A DNA stretch of 64,000 nt, taken from the NCBI GenBank assembly GCA_951406725.2, contig OX597823.1, positions 8,556,001 to 8,620,000 on the forward strand. Reading direction: 5' to 3'. The stretch's first letter is position 1. Each line of letters starts with the position of its first letter. The DNA comes from Octopus vulgaris. Taxonomy: Eukaryota. The position numbers and the translations under genes are program-made. Shown in pieces: positions 28,840 through 42,251 of this stretch. Under the pieces are notes generated by a model that made no database searches, was not told where the DNA came from, and was given only the letters and a program-made list of their open reading frames with translations.

Positions 28840-29716
28840 GTTGAAACGTTTACTGCCACCAGGAATGGCACTGTCACTCTCTACGAGGTAGATTCGCCAA
28901 TACGCTAATTACTTGTACACCAAGACAGCCAATGAATTTTCTATTTTGCTAGAAGATCAACCAATAAATCGTCACTCAGTTGATACGCCAAGGAACACGT
29001 TAGTAACTAAACTATCCTTCATTATTGAGTGCTTCGTTAATGCTACGATATTTCTCTTTCTACAAATCATACAAAAATAGCACATATATACTTGCATAGA
29101 TTTTGAAACAGTGATACGTATTCGTTTTAGTACACACTCACACGCTCTTGTGTATTTGTGTGCATCCATACATGCATATATGACTATATATATGTCTGCG
29201 CCTGCGTATTTATCCTCATACACTCCACCAGAAAGAAGAAACAAGCAAACAAAAGAAAAGAAAAATATATTTCCATTGATTTTCTGAATTGGTTTATAAT
29301 GAGACTTTATTGCAAAGGAGAGTTGTCTGAGAGAACAAACGTTACGGCCAAGGTAATCATTTATAAATGACTATCTTAAGACTCTATTCGTGACTGTTGA
29401 CCTGATTCTATCTGACAGGAAACTTAAGACTCTTAAGTACATCAACACTCATATATATTTAAATGATTCAAATGTTTAACGAAGTTTTAGTTTTAAGCGA
29501 CTTACCGATCAACCGCAGACGCTCTTAAAATATTGACAACATTTAATTTGATGGCGTAATGCCCTAGGAATTAAAAACAGACATCATGGCACAACTTATT
29601 GACTGCAGGTTTCTAAACTGGCTTCACATGATGGACTATCCATAATTGAGTAAACAACGTTCATTGACTTGACCTGATCGATTGAAGACTTCCGACATGG
29701 CATGTCATCATATACA

Positions 29717-29750
<34 letters not shown>

Positions 29751-30094
29751 CATGAATACATACGTACATACATAAATATACGCACACACATTCGTATATA
29801 TAAATATCATTTTAATGTCTTTCTCAATTAAGCAAACGGGAAGAATGGTGGAAACTTACCGTTCGTTTAATTTGTTGTGCAGTCTCAGTGATTAATTCTT
29901 GTTATTGAAACTAATTGTACGTCCTAGCTGCATGTGTGTGTGTTTGTGTGTGTGTGTGGTGTGTGTGTGTGTGTGTGCATGTGTATGTGTATAGGTATAC
30001 ACGTATAGATACACGTATATATTTATCCTATACATATATACATGTTTACTTACAAGTACATATAAACATATGTGTGCATATATATATATGCATT

Positions 30095-30131
<37 letters not shown>

Positions 30132-30146
30132 ATATATATATATATA

Positions 30147-30208
<62 letters not shown>

Positions 30209-30244
30209 CAGATAAATATAATTGAGCTTGATATATACTTCCTA

Positions 30245-30465
30245 TTATAGGCACAAGGCCTGAAATTTTGGGGGAAGAGGCCAGTCGATTTGATCGACCC
30301 CAGTACACAACTGGTACTTAATTTATCGACCCCAGTACACAACTGGTACTTAATTTATCGACCCCGAAAGGATTAAAGGCAAAGTCGGAATTTTAACTTA
30401 GAACGTTGTGGCAGACGAAATACCACTAAGCATTTCGCCCAGCTTGATAACGAATCTGCGAGCTC
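30245..30465 (-). mobile_element. SINE-like repeat (third family) with an internal 32-bp tandem duplication
   Basis: Minus strand gactttgcctttaatcctttcggggtcgataaattaagtaccag resembles a conserved invertebrate SINE central domain (recall); tcgaccccagtacacaactggtacttaattta occurs twice. Confidence 0.65.
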
Positions 30466-30806
30466 GTCTTGGGCATGATGTATATATATATATATATATA
30501 CACATATACATACATAGAATTGTAATGTTCACGATTTGCAGATGGACGATGAAAAATGTTTTGGGTATATTACCAGTAAACAGCCATACGGCGTAAAATC
30601 ACAGAACTGACACAGCCTACCGGCGCGAAAATTTTTAGGCACTGGCAGGAAGGGTTGCATCACCTTACACCTAAAGGATTTTGTCTACGCAGAATTATTT
30701 CTGGGGAGAAAAAGTAAAGCCGAATACATTTTGAACACATCTCGTATCTTTTTACATATATTTATATACATGAATTTGTGATATATTTTACATATATTTA
30801 TATACA

Positions 30807-31373
30807 TGAAGTTGTCCGGAATGTTCGTGCCGATCTATATTAACTTACTTTCGACTTTTAGAACATGGTTGAGTCCATAAAATAGGATTTGACTACACCT
30901 CCATTGAGAACACAGTTTAAGCTATCTTTTCGTGGAAGAAGGTTTATGTTCCTATAACCTGTGTTAATTCTGTAACCCTTTAAAATGGAAGATAAGATAA
31001 GAAAGTTCATTTTCGGCACTTGATGCTTTGGGAACTAGACAAACATTGCTGCAGCTCGGCTGGGATGTGTTACCCCACCCTCCATATTCACCAGATATTG
31101 CGCCTTCGGATTCCCACTTATTCAAGTCTCTGCAGAATAGTCTTAATGGTAAAAATTTCAATTCCTTGGCTGACGTAAAAAGATACCTTGATGAATTATT
31201 TGCCATGAAATCACCTCAATTCTGGGAAGAGGGTATTTTCAAGTTAAAGGAAAGATGGAGATGAATTGTGCAACAAAATGGTTGATATTTGGTTGATTAA
31301 AAATGTAATGGCAAGTATTTATTGCTATTTTTCTTTCCTTTAAAAATCGGCACGAACTTTCCGAACAACCCAA
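30807..31373 (+). mobile_element. Mariner deletion derivative
   Basis: TIRs gttgtccggaatgttcgtgccgat / atcggcacgaactttccgaacaac; ORF WDVLPHPPYSPDIAPSDSHLF (mariner YSPDLAP-D motif). Confidence 0.92.
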
Positions 31374-31543
31374 TATTAATAATGAGGCTCAGGATAGTAG
31401 TAAATTGTCAAGAAGTGAGAAAAATTCTGGTTGCTACAATGTATGTCGATGTATGCATCAATAAGAACTGCTCTTTATCTCAGTCTTTTGCCAGAGTGGG
31501 ATTCTCAACTGACTAAATTGAAACCACTTGCCGTTTATACACT

Positions 31544-31761
31544 TACTCTTTTTACTCTTTTACTTGTTTCAGTCATTTGACTGCGGCCATGCTGGAGCAC
31601 CGCCTTTAGTCGAGCAAATCGACCCCGGGATTTATTCTTTGTAAGCCCAGTATTTATTCTATCGGTCTCTTTTGTCGAACCGCTAAGTGACGGGGACGTA
31701 AACACACCAGCATCGGTTGTCAAGCAATGCTAGGGGGACAAACATAGACACACAAACATAT

Positions 31762-31805
<44 letters not shown>

Positions 31806-31968
31806 GACAGGCTTCTTTCATTTTCCGTCGACCAAATCCACTCACAAGGCATTGGTCGGCCCGGGGCTATAGCAGGAGACACTTGCCCAAGGTGCCACGC
31901 AGTGGGACTGAACCCGGAACCATGTGGTTGGTTAGCAAGCTACTTACCACACAGCCACTCCTGCGCCT
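31544..31968 (-). mobile_element. Main tRNA-derived SINE, full length
   Basis: Nearly identical to 16294-16704. Confidence 0.93.
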
Positions 31969-32639
31969 TCTCAATTTTTCTGCAACAACGACCATACAGG
32001 AAATCTGAAACAACTTCGGATTGCCAACAATTCTACGCTATTAACCGCTAACATCTTCCACAAGCCTTGAAGGATACCGGCGTAATCCTTCCCTAATACT
32101 AGAAAGTTATATGCCAATACACACGCTCTAATAAACATACATATATATGTGTGTACGTATGTGAGTGACTGACTGTGTGTATATGATTACAGAGGTTACC
32201 AAATAATTTCCGATTTAGTTGAATGATGTCAAGGAGAAAGAAGAAATATGATGTTACTGTGTTAATATCTTACCACAGAAACGTTTGTATCAATTACTAC
32301 ACCTGGTAATTTAAACACGATTTATTCTTTGTGAAACTGAAAAAAGCAGCCAATTACAATACGCTTATATGACAGAGCATTTCGCATAAACACACATGCA
32401 CACACAAGCACGTACTCACATATACATCCATAATCTCACACATAAGCATATACGTATATCTTACATGTTCACATGACAAGAGAATTGCTGACAAGCCTTT
32501 GCTTGATATCACTACCTGCTAGAAATACCAGGTAATTGTCGCATAGTCTTACTATGTTTCACAGATGGGAGACTTTATATCATGGGTCTTTTTCATTAAG
32601 GCAGACCCAAGCTAAGAAAAACCACCCCGAAAAACTGAC

Positions 32640-33079
<440 letters not shown>

Positions 33080-33191
33080 CCATGCCCAGACTTGTGACTA
33101 GGAGGGTAACTTTCTAGGTGTAATCCCATGGTCAGTGTCGTGACCGAAGGGGGTCCCGGATATATATATAACCACTGGGCCATTGCGCCTC

Positions 33192-33254
<63 letters not shown>

Positions 33255-33364
33255 AAGCGCATGGCTCAGTGGTTAGAGCGTCGAGCTTACGATCGTGAGG
33301 TTGTGAGCTCGAATCCCGGACCGGGCTGCGTGTTGTGTTCTTGAGCAAGACACTTTATTTCACG

Positions 33365-33405
<41 letters not shown>

Positions 33406-33415
33406 TATATAAATA

Positions 33416-33755
33416 TCCGGGACCCCCTTCGGTCACGACACTGACCATGGGATTGCACCTTAGAAAGTTACCCTCCTAGTCACAAGTCCGGGCGAGGTTG
33501 TTTATGTAAGACCAGCAGTCGCCCATGCATACCGGCCTCCCCTCTCCACGCCACCAGTGTTATCCAAGGGAAAGACAAAGGTCGATACAGCTTGGCACCA
33601 GTGACGTCGCAACTCATTTCTACAGCTGAGTGAACTGGAGCAACGTGAAATAAAGTGTCTTGCGCAAGAACACAACACGCAGCTCGGTCCTGGATTCGAG
33701 CTCACAACCTCACGATCGTAAGCTCGACGCTCTAACCACTGAGCCGTGCGCCTTC
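33416..33755 (-). mobile_element. tRNA-derived SINE (fourth family), full length
   Basis: Minus-strand head ggcgcacggctcagtggttagagcg...gctcgaatcc, followed by gtgttgtgttcttgcgcaagacacttt. Confidence 0.85.
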
Positions 33756-33757
33756 AC

Positions 33758-34125
<368 letters not shown>

Positions 34126-34129
34126 GTCA

Positions 34130-34163
<34 letters not shown>

Positions 34164-34464
34164 GTTTATATGTATTTGCACGCGTGATAAAATGATAGTG
34201 ACTGGAATCAAAATGTATCTTCGGTACTTCGCAGTGTTTAAGACTATGGGCATGTACGTTATCCGCATAACCGTTCTTGTTACATATTTTATTCTGTGTC
34301 TCAATCAAAACTGCCCTCTTTTTTTTTACGTACTGTTGCTCATTGTTATTTATCGTGTCTCAAATCGTCCAAACAACAACGAGAATCTAATAATGGCTAA
34401 AGTAGGTGACTAATGCTTTGGACTATTCCACAGTCGCAGAAACAGAATTGCTATATATTTCATC

Positions 34465-34857
34465 ATTTAATTTTGGTGCGAGACCTGGACACTAAAGAGA
34501 GCTGACCAGAAGAGAATTAATGCATTCTAGCTTTGGTGTTGGGGAAGACTTTTACGGATTCTAATGGAGAAGTTCTTAAGCAAACCAGGCCGAAAATGTC
34601 GCTAGAAGCTAGGATCACCAAGCATAGATTGGCATATTATGCGGAGAGAATCCCTGGAGAAGGACATCATGCTCGGAATGGTCAGTGGCAAGAGAGGAAG
34701 AAGCTGACCAAGAACCCGCTGGCTTGACACCATCAAGAGTGATACCGGAATGGACATAGCCAATCTGAAAGAAGCGGCCCAGGATAGAACTGACTGGAGG
34801 ACACTGATCCAACGAGTAACCGGGAGTCGACTTCGACTGAGCGGATAGATAGATAGT
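34465..34857 (+). mobile_element. 3' fragment of an RTE-type LINE
   Basis: CETWTLKRADQKRINAF*LWCWGRLLRI, typical of the RTE/BovB C-terminal region; (GATA)n tail. Confidence 0.85.
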
Positions 34858-35770
34858 CCCTGGTTAGAGCCAAAGCAGGTGTTTAAACTATTTCAAACTT
34901 GTGTGTGGATTCCGAATTCTTTGACAAATTTCCTGCTAGCTCCACATTTACATCAGCCAGGTATAAATCTTATAAAAAGCAACTACACTAGTAATCATGT
35001 TAAACGATCCTTTAGCTTAGAGATTTAGAATAATACGGTGGGGTGTGAGCTATACTTTATCTTATAGCCCAGTACAAACAATTATGTATTAGACATATCT
35101 ATGTTGAAAGGCCTTGTTATAAAACCATCCTGTCTTTCCAGTATTTCAGGGACCAGATTTGCGAAAGTACCTCTGTTTAGAAGGCTGTAAGGTCTAATTT
35201 GTATGCAATGCAACATAGTCAATGTAGTTGCTGGGCCGAGTGAGATGGCCTGCAGATAAAAATTGTAGTTTACCAATCCCTGGCTTGAAGGCTTTACTCA
35301 TTTGTTCATATAGGACTTATAGGTCATGGATGTGTTAACGTGACCAGACATTCAATCCTGTTATTATCAAGAGACAATGACACTAGATTATTGCATATTT
35401 GCGTATGTCTATTAGATTTTACAATATTATGTGATATATCACATACAGGCACAAACATATATTCACACGCACATAAAAATCTTGAAACAGTCGACTTAAG
35501 TAAATTGTGGTAAGTGACGAATAAACATAGATATAGACTTACAGGAACAATTACTTACAATAACGGGATAAAATATGTACTGGCAAAATGGCGTCTCAGA
35601 TATATTGAATTTTGCCGCACACAAACACGCGCGCACACACTGTCACGTTCGCAAACTAATACGCATATATATATAAAAGGCATAATAACATACACATGTA
35701 TGGATTTTCACAAATACTGCAGTAGCTGGTTTGGTTATTTTAATTAAATACTGCTTCAATTGCTTATACT

Positions 35771-35806
<36 letters not shown>

Positions 35807-36689
35807 CACATACATATAGATAAATATTATCATAAAAATATTCGCATCCAAAGATGCATACGACCATATATATATATATATATCAACATACATACATCTA
35901 TATTTACATACACACACTCACAAACAAGCGCATATATATATTTATATATGTACACGCACATGTAGGCGCACACAAACATACGCATACACACGCATACACA
36001 CACACACTCACTCTCTCTTATATGCGAGAAAATGTTTGGACATGTAGTTTGGTGGATGTCTGCAAAACCAGTCACGTAACCAGTTTCTCGCCATCTCATC
36101 TTATGAGTAAGGCTATGAGAAATACTGAAACGGTATAAATATATGTACCACATGTTGCAGGCTTCTAATATTTTCATACATACCCACACAATACATACAT
36201 ACATACTTAAATACATACGTACACATGTTCACACATACGCATATACATGTACGCACACATAAACACACATACATACACAAATGTTTGAGAAAATTTGTGT
36301 GTAAGTTCATTTTCTTCTTGCCTTCTTTTCTATCAGCAGTAATCTTCTCTCCTACCATATGTCTTTTACGATTCTCTGCCATTTCTATTGCCCCCAACTA
36401 TTAAATTTCTCTTGTCTCTTGTTCTACCTAATTATTTGCTAGTTCTCCGTCTGCGTTCTTATCTTTTTCGCACCACTTTACCAGTTTCCTCTTTGTCGCA
36501 TGTTGTTCCATCTTTTGTTGCATATAAGTCACTAATGTAATATCAATACTATCAGTGCTATTTCTCCACCCCTCTCTTCCTCCAAACTCTGTAACAATGT
36601 GCTAGATTTTAGCTGAAGACTTCATTATTACAGAGCTGCCTCGCCTGAATTATGATATAATAGCTAATTTTAATTAATTTGAACGAGGA

Positions 36690-37400
36690 ACAATATTTGT
36701 AGATATGAGTTTAAATTTCAGTCAAAATTAAGTCTTATTTCTTTTACAAAGATCGGCTAAAATGAGGTTTCCATCAATTATACCATGGGGTAAAAAAGAC
36801 TTGCCATATGCACATCTTCTATCTGGTTTAGATAAGATTGCCTTCACTCAAATTGCTTCCATTGTTAACCATAGTACTTCTAAACTTAAGCAGAGAGTGG
36901 CGGTCTTCGGCATTCTTAATAAATAGATGGTTCACATGTCTTTTAGTTGCCCTTACAGGAAGTCACTTTGCGCAGAAAAAGAAATCCTAAAACAAGTTAT
37001 TTAGCGCTTACTAATACTATTTTTAAAGAAATTGAATGCATTCATTAATTCTGGGTTCTATTGTTGAATGAAATCCGTCTTTTATGTCTCCAAATATATC
37101 ACTAAAGGAACCGACACTGCAATGCTTGTTTTTCTGAAGGAAAGAAAAGCAGGACAGAATTACCAAATTTCAGCAAACGGAGAGTTTCGCAACAATGAGG
37201 TTCTCTGGCACTTTGTCGTCTTTTCCTCAAGAAATTACTCTGAACCAAGCACAAAGTCTAGGGAGGAAAAAACCCTTAGAAAATTGTCCAAGCTGTGCAA
37301 TGATGGACTCTTTGCAAACGTTAATGCATCATGATCCGTTCAACAATTTCAAGCTATCACGTCAATCAATATGAATACTTCTTTTAGTGACATTGCTATA
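36690..37400 (+). pseudogene. Degenerate Helitron Rep fragment
   Basis: KDLPYAHLL (HUH motif, cf. RGLPHAHIL) near 36795; KSVFYVSKYITKGTD (YxxKY motif) and NNEVLW at 37068-37210. Confidence 0.75.
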
Positions 37401-37404
37401 AAAT

Positions 37405-38160
37405 ATTAGGTCATCCCATAAATAATGCGGAGGGGGAAAGGATAAACTATTTGCATCAACTTGCTATAAAAGCAGGTACTAATTTTACCTCGTACTTATT
37501 CTTAGTGCACTTTTGAAGAGTGCAGTTCGATTTTAACAGTTATTTTTGAAAGCTATAATGGAAGCGACAAAGGAGCATATCCAGGGCATATTTTGCTTCA
37601 TGAGTTCAATAAAGGCAACAACGGAACGGAAAGTGCGAAGAATATTATTGCAGTATACGGGGATTGGACAATAAGCGTAAGCCAGTGTTAACAGTGGTTC
37701 CAGAAATTCTGAGTCGGAAACTACAGCCTAGAAGACGAACTGCGTCCTGAAAGATCTGTAGAGCTCGACGAGGACGTCCTGCAAACCCTGGTGGAACAAA
37801 ACCCCATCGTAATAGAAATGTCAAGCTCTGAAGACAGTGCGAAGGGAAAGGAGAAACACTAGCCCCCTCCCCAGGTTAAAGAAGGTTTTCACCTACGTAA
37901 GTTATTGCCATCTGTTTAGTGGAACATAAGAGGTTTAGTCGACTTTGAACTTTTAAACCCAAACCAAACTATAACAAAGGAAAGCTACTGCGAACAAATT
38001 GAGCGGCTTAAATGGGCACCAGAACACAATCGACCCTCTTTGGTTTCAAGACGAAAGGTGTTTTTCCATCAGGATAATGCTCGGTCACATACAGCGCTGA
38101 TGACATCCCAAAGGTTTGAGGATCTTGAATGGGAAACGATGCTCCAACCACCATAGTCAT
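37405..38160 (+). mobile_element. Mariner remnant, truncated at the LINE insertion
   Basis: TIR-like ttaggtcatcccataaataatgc (cf. 49405); frameshifted MEATKEH... and HQDNARSHTA...LEWETMLQPP. Confidence 0.85.
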
Positions 38161-38193
38161 AGTAAGTATACATAACCATATACATACATATAC

Positions 38194-38225
<32 letters not shown>

Positions 38226-38300
38226 GATTGATTTTGATTTTGATTTTTCCAGTTTCAGCTCATGAGCTGTGGCCATGCTGGGGCACCGCCATTTGGTTTG

Positions 38301-39878
38301 CTACATGATTTTACCACACGAATGCTTTTTAGCAACTGCCATTTGGTGCATGAGAGAGTTCGATGCAGCTGCGCTCATCTGCACCTCCTGCCGTGAAGTT
38401 GATTCATCCGGGACACCTGACAGGAAGAGATCCAGTCCTACTTTAAAGACATCCGCATCTACACCATGCAGGTCCCTCAGGTTCTTCGGGAGGGTATTGA
38501 AGAGCTGTGGGCCTCTGAAGCCCAGGCTATCACAGTATCTTGTCCTACATCTTGATGGCAAATTTGGAGTCCTTGGTACCACGCAGTGGCGCCCGGTTCT
38601 GGCATTTGTGTGACTCTCGATGCCAAAGTTTGGGACAAGTCCTTCCAGGATCTTCCAGATATATATTATGGCATATCTTTCTCGCCTACGCTCCAAGGAA
38701 TTGAGTCTTTCCCAGTAGCTTATATGCTGCACGGAGGCTATCTTCTTCGTATAGCTTCGTTGGATCGCCTCAAGTTCTGTGATCAACTTGACACTGGAGA
38801 GTGACCATAGCTGAGAGCAATAGTCAAAGTGGCTTAGGACAAGTGTCTTCCAGAGGACCATCATGGTTTCTTGTTCTCTTGTTCTGAAGGTTCTAAGAAT
38901 CCATCCGGCCAGCCGTCTACATTTCATTGCCAGTTTAGCAACATGTACATGAAAGGTCGCGTCATCACTTATGTGAATACTCAGGTCACGCACTGATTGT
39001 GCCTCTGGGATTGCAATCCCTCCGGGTCCAGTGTATTCATTGGGTATTGCATTCAGTTTTGCATGCTGATAGTATAAAGCTTGAAACTTTTCAGCATTGA
39101 GCTGCATGCTATTCTTTTCAGCCCACTTGTATATTTTGTCCAGCTCACATTGCAGGTGCTTAGTGTCTTCAGGGTTCTGTATTGCCTGCGAAACTTTTGT
39201 ATCATCTGCATAACTTGTGATCGTGGCTCTCTGCGTGGCTGAGGGTATGTCTGAGAGGGCCATTATGAACAGTAGTGGTCCCAAAACAGTGCCCTGCGGA
39301 ACACCGCTCACTATTTGCGTGTTAATGGAAGTGGCCCCATTGGCTACTACCACCTGACTTCTATTCTTCAGAAAGTCATGAAGCCATTCTCCCAATTTTC
39401 CAACTATGCCAAGATCACGCAGTTTGTGACATATCATTCCATGATCGACTTTATCAAAGGTCTTTGCAAAGTCGAGATATATCACTTCCACATTTGAGTG
39501 GTTGAGCAGTCGTTTCAGCACCCAGTCATAGTGTTGTAGGAGCTGAGTTAAGCAGCTTCTTCCTGGTCGGAAACCATGTTGGGTGTCAGGCAGCAAGTCA
39601 TTTTCTTCAAGGAAGGTGATTAGTTTCCTTCTGACTATTCGCTCCATGACCTTGCTGATGTGTGAGGTCAGAGAGATAGGTATGTAATTCTTGGCCTCCG
39701 CTCTGCTACCTCCTTTATGAATAGGGCATATTTTACCTTCCTTCAGTTTTCTTGGAAGTTTGCCAGTTGCAAGGAAGCTCTGAAAGAGAGATTGCAGTGG
39801 TCTTGCAAGGACTCTCTTACATACTTTTAGAAGGATTGCCGGGAATCCATCGGGGCCAGTAGCTGAGTTTGTTTTCAT
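38301..39878 (-). CDS. LINE ORF2 reverse transcriptase portion (disrupted upstream)
   Basis: ATGPDG, QHGFRPGRSC, YLDFAKTFDKVDH, GVPQGTVLGPLLF, YADD. Confidence 0.93.
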   Translation of the reverse strand: MKTNSATGPDGFPAILLKVCKRVLARPLQSLFQSFLATGKLPRKLKEGKICPIHKGGSRAEAKNYIPISLTSHISKVMERIVRRKLITFLEENDLLPDTQHGFRPGRSCLTQLLQHYDWVLKRLLNHSNVEVIYLDFAKTFDKVDHGMICHKLRDLGIVGKLGEWLHDFLKNRSQVVVANGATSINTQIVSGVPQGTVLGPLLFIMALSDIPSATQRATITSYADDTKVSQAIQNPEDTKHLQCELDKIYKWAEKNSMQLNAEKFQALYYQHAKLNAIPNEYTGPGGIAIPEAQSVRDLSIHISDDATFHVHVAKLAMKCRRLAGWILRTFRTREQETMMVLWKTLVLSHFDYCSQLWSLSSVKLITELEAIQRSYTKKIASVQHISYWERLNSLERRRERYAIIYIWKILEGLVPNFGIESHTNARTGRHCVVPRTPNLPSRCRTRYCDSLGFRGPQLFNTLPKNLRDLHGVDADVFKVGLDLFLSGVPDESTSRQEVQMSAAASNSLMHQMAVAKKHSCGKIM

Positions 39879-40083
39879 CTCATCTATAGACTTTATTACA
39901 TTGTCTTCCTTTATATCGATGTAATCTATCGTCGCCGCCTCTGATTTTATATCTGCAGTGGTGAAGAAGTCAGTTGGATTGCTGATTTGGAAATGCCCAA
40001 GGGGTGGGGTGAAAATACTCTTGAATTGCTCATTTAGTATTTAACTTACCCTCATTGGATTTCCTGTGAGTGTGCCATCCCTT

Positions 40084-41394
40084 TCACGGAGTGGCCCTAT
40101 CCGTAGCTGTTTCTTTGGCATACCTGTAGAAAGCTCTGGGGTTAGATTTTATGTTGTCTATAGCCCAGGCCTCTTTGTCTGCTCTTTCCTTTTCATGGGA
40201 GAGTTGCAGGCATTTTTCAATTTCCAACAGTTTCATTTTCAGGCGGGACTTTTCACTGCTTTCAATTTGTTTGTTTAGGCGATTTGATATTTTTGTACGC
40301 CGTCTCATTAGAATTTTCCTCTCTCTGGGGATTTTGTTCTTGTGTACAGTGGCCTTTCTCTCTGGGACACATTTGTAGCATATGGCTTGCATTACAGACA
40401 TGAATTGTTGAAGTTTCATGTCGATGTCTGGCGAGGAGAGACATTCAGGCCAGTTTTGTTTGAGGATCTCTTTCTCAATTTGTTTCCAGTTTGCCTTATT
40501 GAAGTTCAAGCTGGAAAGATTCTGAAGGTTTCTTGTAGGCTGCATGTCCATGCTTTCCTTTGGCCCGTACATGGTCAGCTCTACCATGTTGTGATCCGAG
40601 AGTAGTGTTGGTGTCACTTTCACATTATGGATGATATCCATATTATTTGTGAGGCAGAGATGCAGTGTGTTACCTGCCCTGGTTGGTTGGAGTATTACTT
40701 GCTCCATGTACAGGGTGTTGATGAGGTTCAGGAGGGACCTCGCCTGTTCTCGTTCACATCGTGTCATTCCTGGGAGAGAAAGGCCCTCGGGCCATCTGAC
40801 ATTGGGTAGATTGAAGTCTCCAATGAGAAGTACACTTATGTGTTGTTCTAGTGTGACTAGAACTTCTTCTATTTTTATAAGGCAGTCCTCAAACTTGCCC
40901 ATATGGCTTGGGGCATCTGGAGGGCGATATGTAGCACACACAACTACACCAAGTTGCCTTACATGTACAATTAGTGTGTCACACACCGAGTTTGAGTATG
41001 ACAAAAGGACCTGGGGTGTGAGGTCCTCACGGATGTACATAGCAACTCCTCCATGACTCCTTTCTTTTCTGTCGGTCCGTAGTACAACATACTGTGGTAT
41101 GTGTAATTCCGCATCCGCTATGTCCGGTTTCAGGTGTGTTTCCGTAAGTGCTATGCATAAGGCTTGATTGCATGCAACAAAGTCTCTCAATAACGGGATT
41201 TTTGTCCTGTTACTGTGTGTTAGTAGTCCTCTGATGTTCAGTAGGAGCATCGAGGTGAGGTGTATGCTGTTGCCGGTGGTGTCCACCTTGGGTCTATTTG
41301 CTGTAGTGGTCTTGTGAACTGTGGATAGTCCCATCTGCGAGCTTGAGTTTGATGGAGCCAGGTTAGCTGCTGTACAATCTTTTGGGCCATGCAC
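40084..41394 (-). CDS. LINE ORF2 APE endonuclease portion, separated from RT by a frameshift near 40.1 kb and a TAA near 40042
   Basis: NIRGL, IALTETHL, GGVAMY, YRPP, GDFNLP, PTR, SDH. Confidence 0.9.
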   Translation of the reverse strand: MHGPKDCTAANLAPSNSSSQMGLSTVHKTTTANRPKVDTTGNSIHLTSMLLLNIRGLLTHSNRTKIPLLRDFVACNQALCIALTETHLKPDIADAELHIPQYVVLRTDRKERSHGGVAMYIREDLTPQVLLSYSNSVCDTLIVHVRQLGVVVCATYRPPDAPSHMGKFEDCLIKIEEVLVTLEQHISVLLIGDFNLPNVRWPEGLSLPGMTRCEREQARSLLNLINTLYMEQVILQPTRAGNTLHLCLTNNMDIIHNVKVTPTLLSDHNMVELTMYGPKESMDMQPTRNLQNLSSLNFNKANWKQIEKEILKQNWPECLSSPDIDMKLQQFMSVMQAICYKCVPERKATVHKNKIPRERKILMRRRTKISNRLNKQIESSEKSRLKMKLLEIEKCLQLSHEKERADKEAWAIDNIKSNPRAFYRYAKETATDRATP

Positions 41395-41770
41395 AAAAAA
41401 GATTCTTGTTCAGCAGCTGCCCTTTCAACAACACGTTGGCGGTTTGTGGCACGCACCTATCTGCGTACCTCCGTTTTGGGGCAGGTGGTGCGTGGTCCAT
41501 CCCTTTTCCTTTCGGTAGTTGGTTTCTGATCTGTTTCGTGTCTCTGCGGCAGGGTCCCGGATGTGCAAAACGGCAGCCTGCACCTTTCTCTCCATGCCAG
41601 CAGGTACCTCTCAGGTAGAACCTACACACCCGTGTGCCGCTGCTTGTTTCCATCCTTTTTGGTATATGGATAGTCAGGTTTGCTTCTATCCTTGGCTGTT
41701 TCATTTTTTGGTTTTGCCTGAGTTTTAGTTTTAGTTTTTCCTCCTTTTTTGGTTCTTTCATCTCCATGGC
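41363..41770 (-). pseudogene. LINE ORF1/N-terminal remnant with a CCCH zinc finger
   Basis: CRFYLRGTCWHGEKGAGCRFAH. Confidence 0.65.
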
Positions 41771-41813
41771 ATATATATATGCACACACACATACATATAT
41801 ATACGTATATATA

Positions 41814-41848
<35 letters not shown>

Positions 41849-41864
41849 TCCATTCTAGCAAAAA

Positions 41865-41902
41865 CTGTCCGATGAACGGCAACGGGAAAATCAGAGTAAC
41901 AG
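41865..41902 (+). ncRNA. Minimal hammerhead-like motif (U4C variant), same family as 58791
   Basis: ctgt-CCGATGA-acg-gcaa-cgg-GAAA-atc-a-gag-TA-acag. Confidence 0.55.
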
Positions 41903-42035
41903 GTTTTGTTGAATTTTCTGCTGCTTTAAATAAAGTATATATATATATATGGATGGAGTTTTGTATATGTATTCAAGATCATGCACAAACATACGGGCAT
42001 AGACATAGTCATAACAAGTATACATAAACATATAC

Positions 42036-42118
<83 letters not shown>

Positions 42119-42119
42119 A

Positions 42120-42207
<88 letters not shown>

Positions 42208-42251
42208 GTATAGAGAGAGAGAGAGAGATGCATACATAGATTTTCATTATT

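Larger units (their letters stand above)
38226..41770 (-). mobile_element. CR1/L2-group (Jockey superfamily) LINE, near complete and 5'-truncated
   Basis: CCCH-finger ORF, APE and RT in order; 3' UTR hairpin; (AAAATC)n tail; (TA)n on both flanks. Confidence 0.93.

Noticed and set aside
41395-41440. In-frame TGA codons upstream of the LINE endonuclease ORF, and the TGA at 59881, as selenocysteine or readthrough
   Set aside because: More simply explained by mutational decay in dead elements; no SECIS identified
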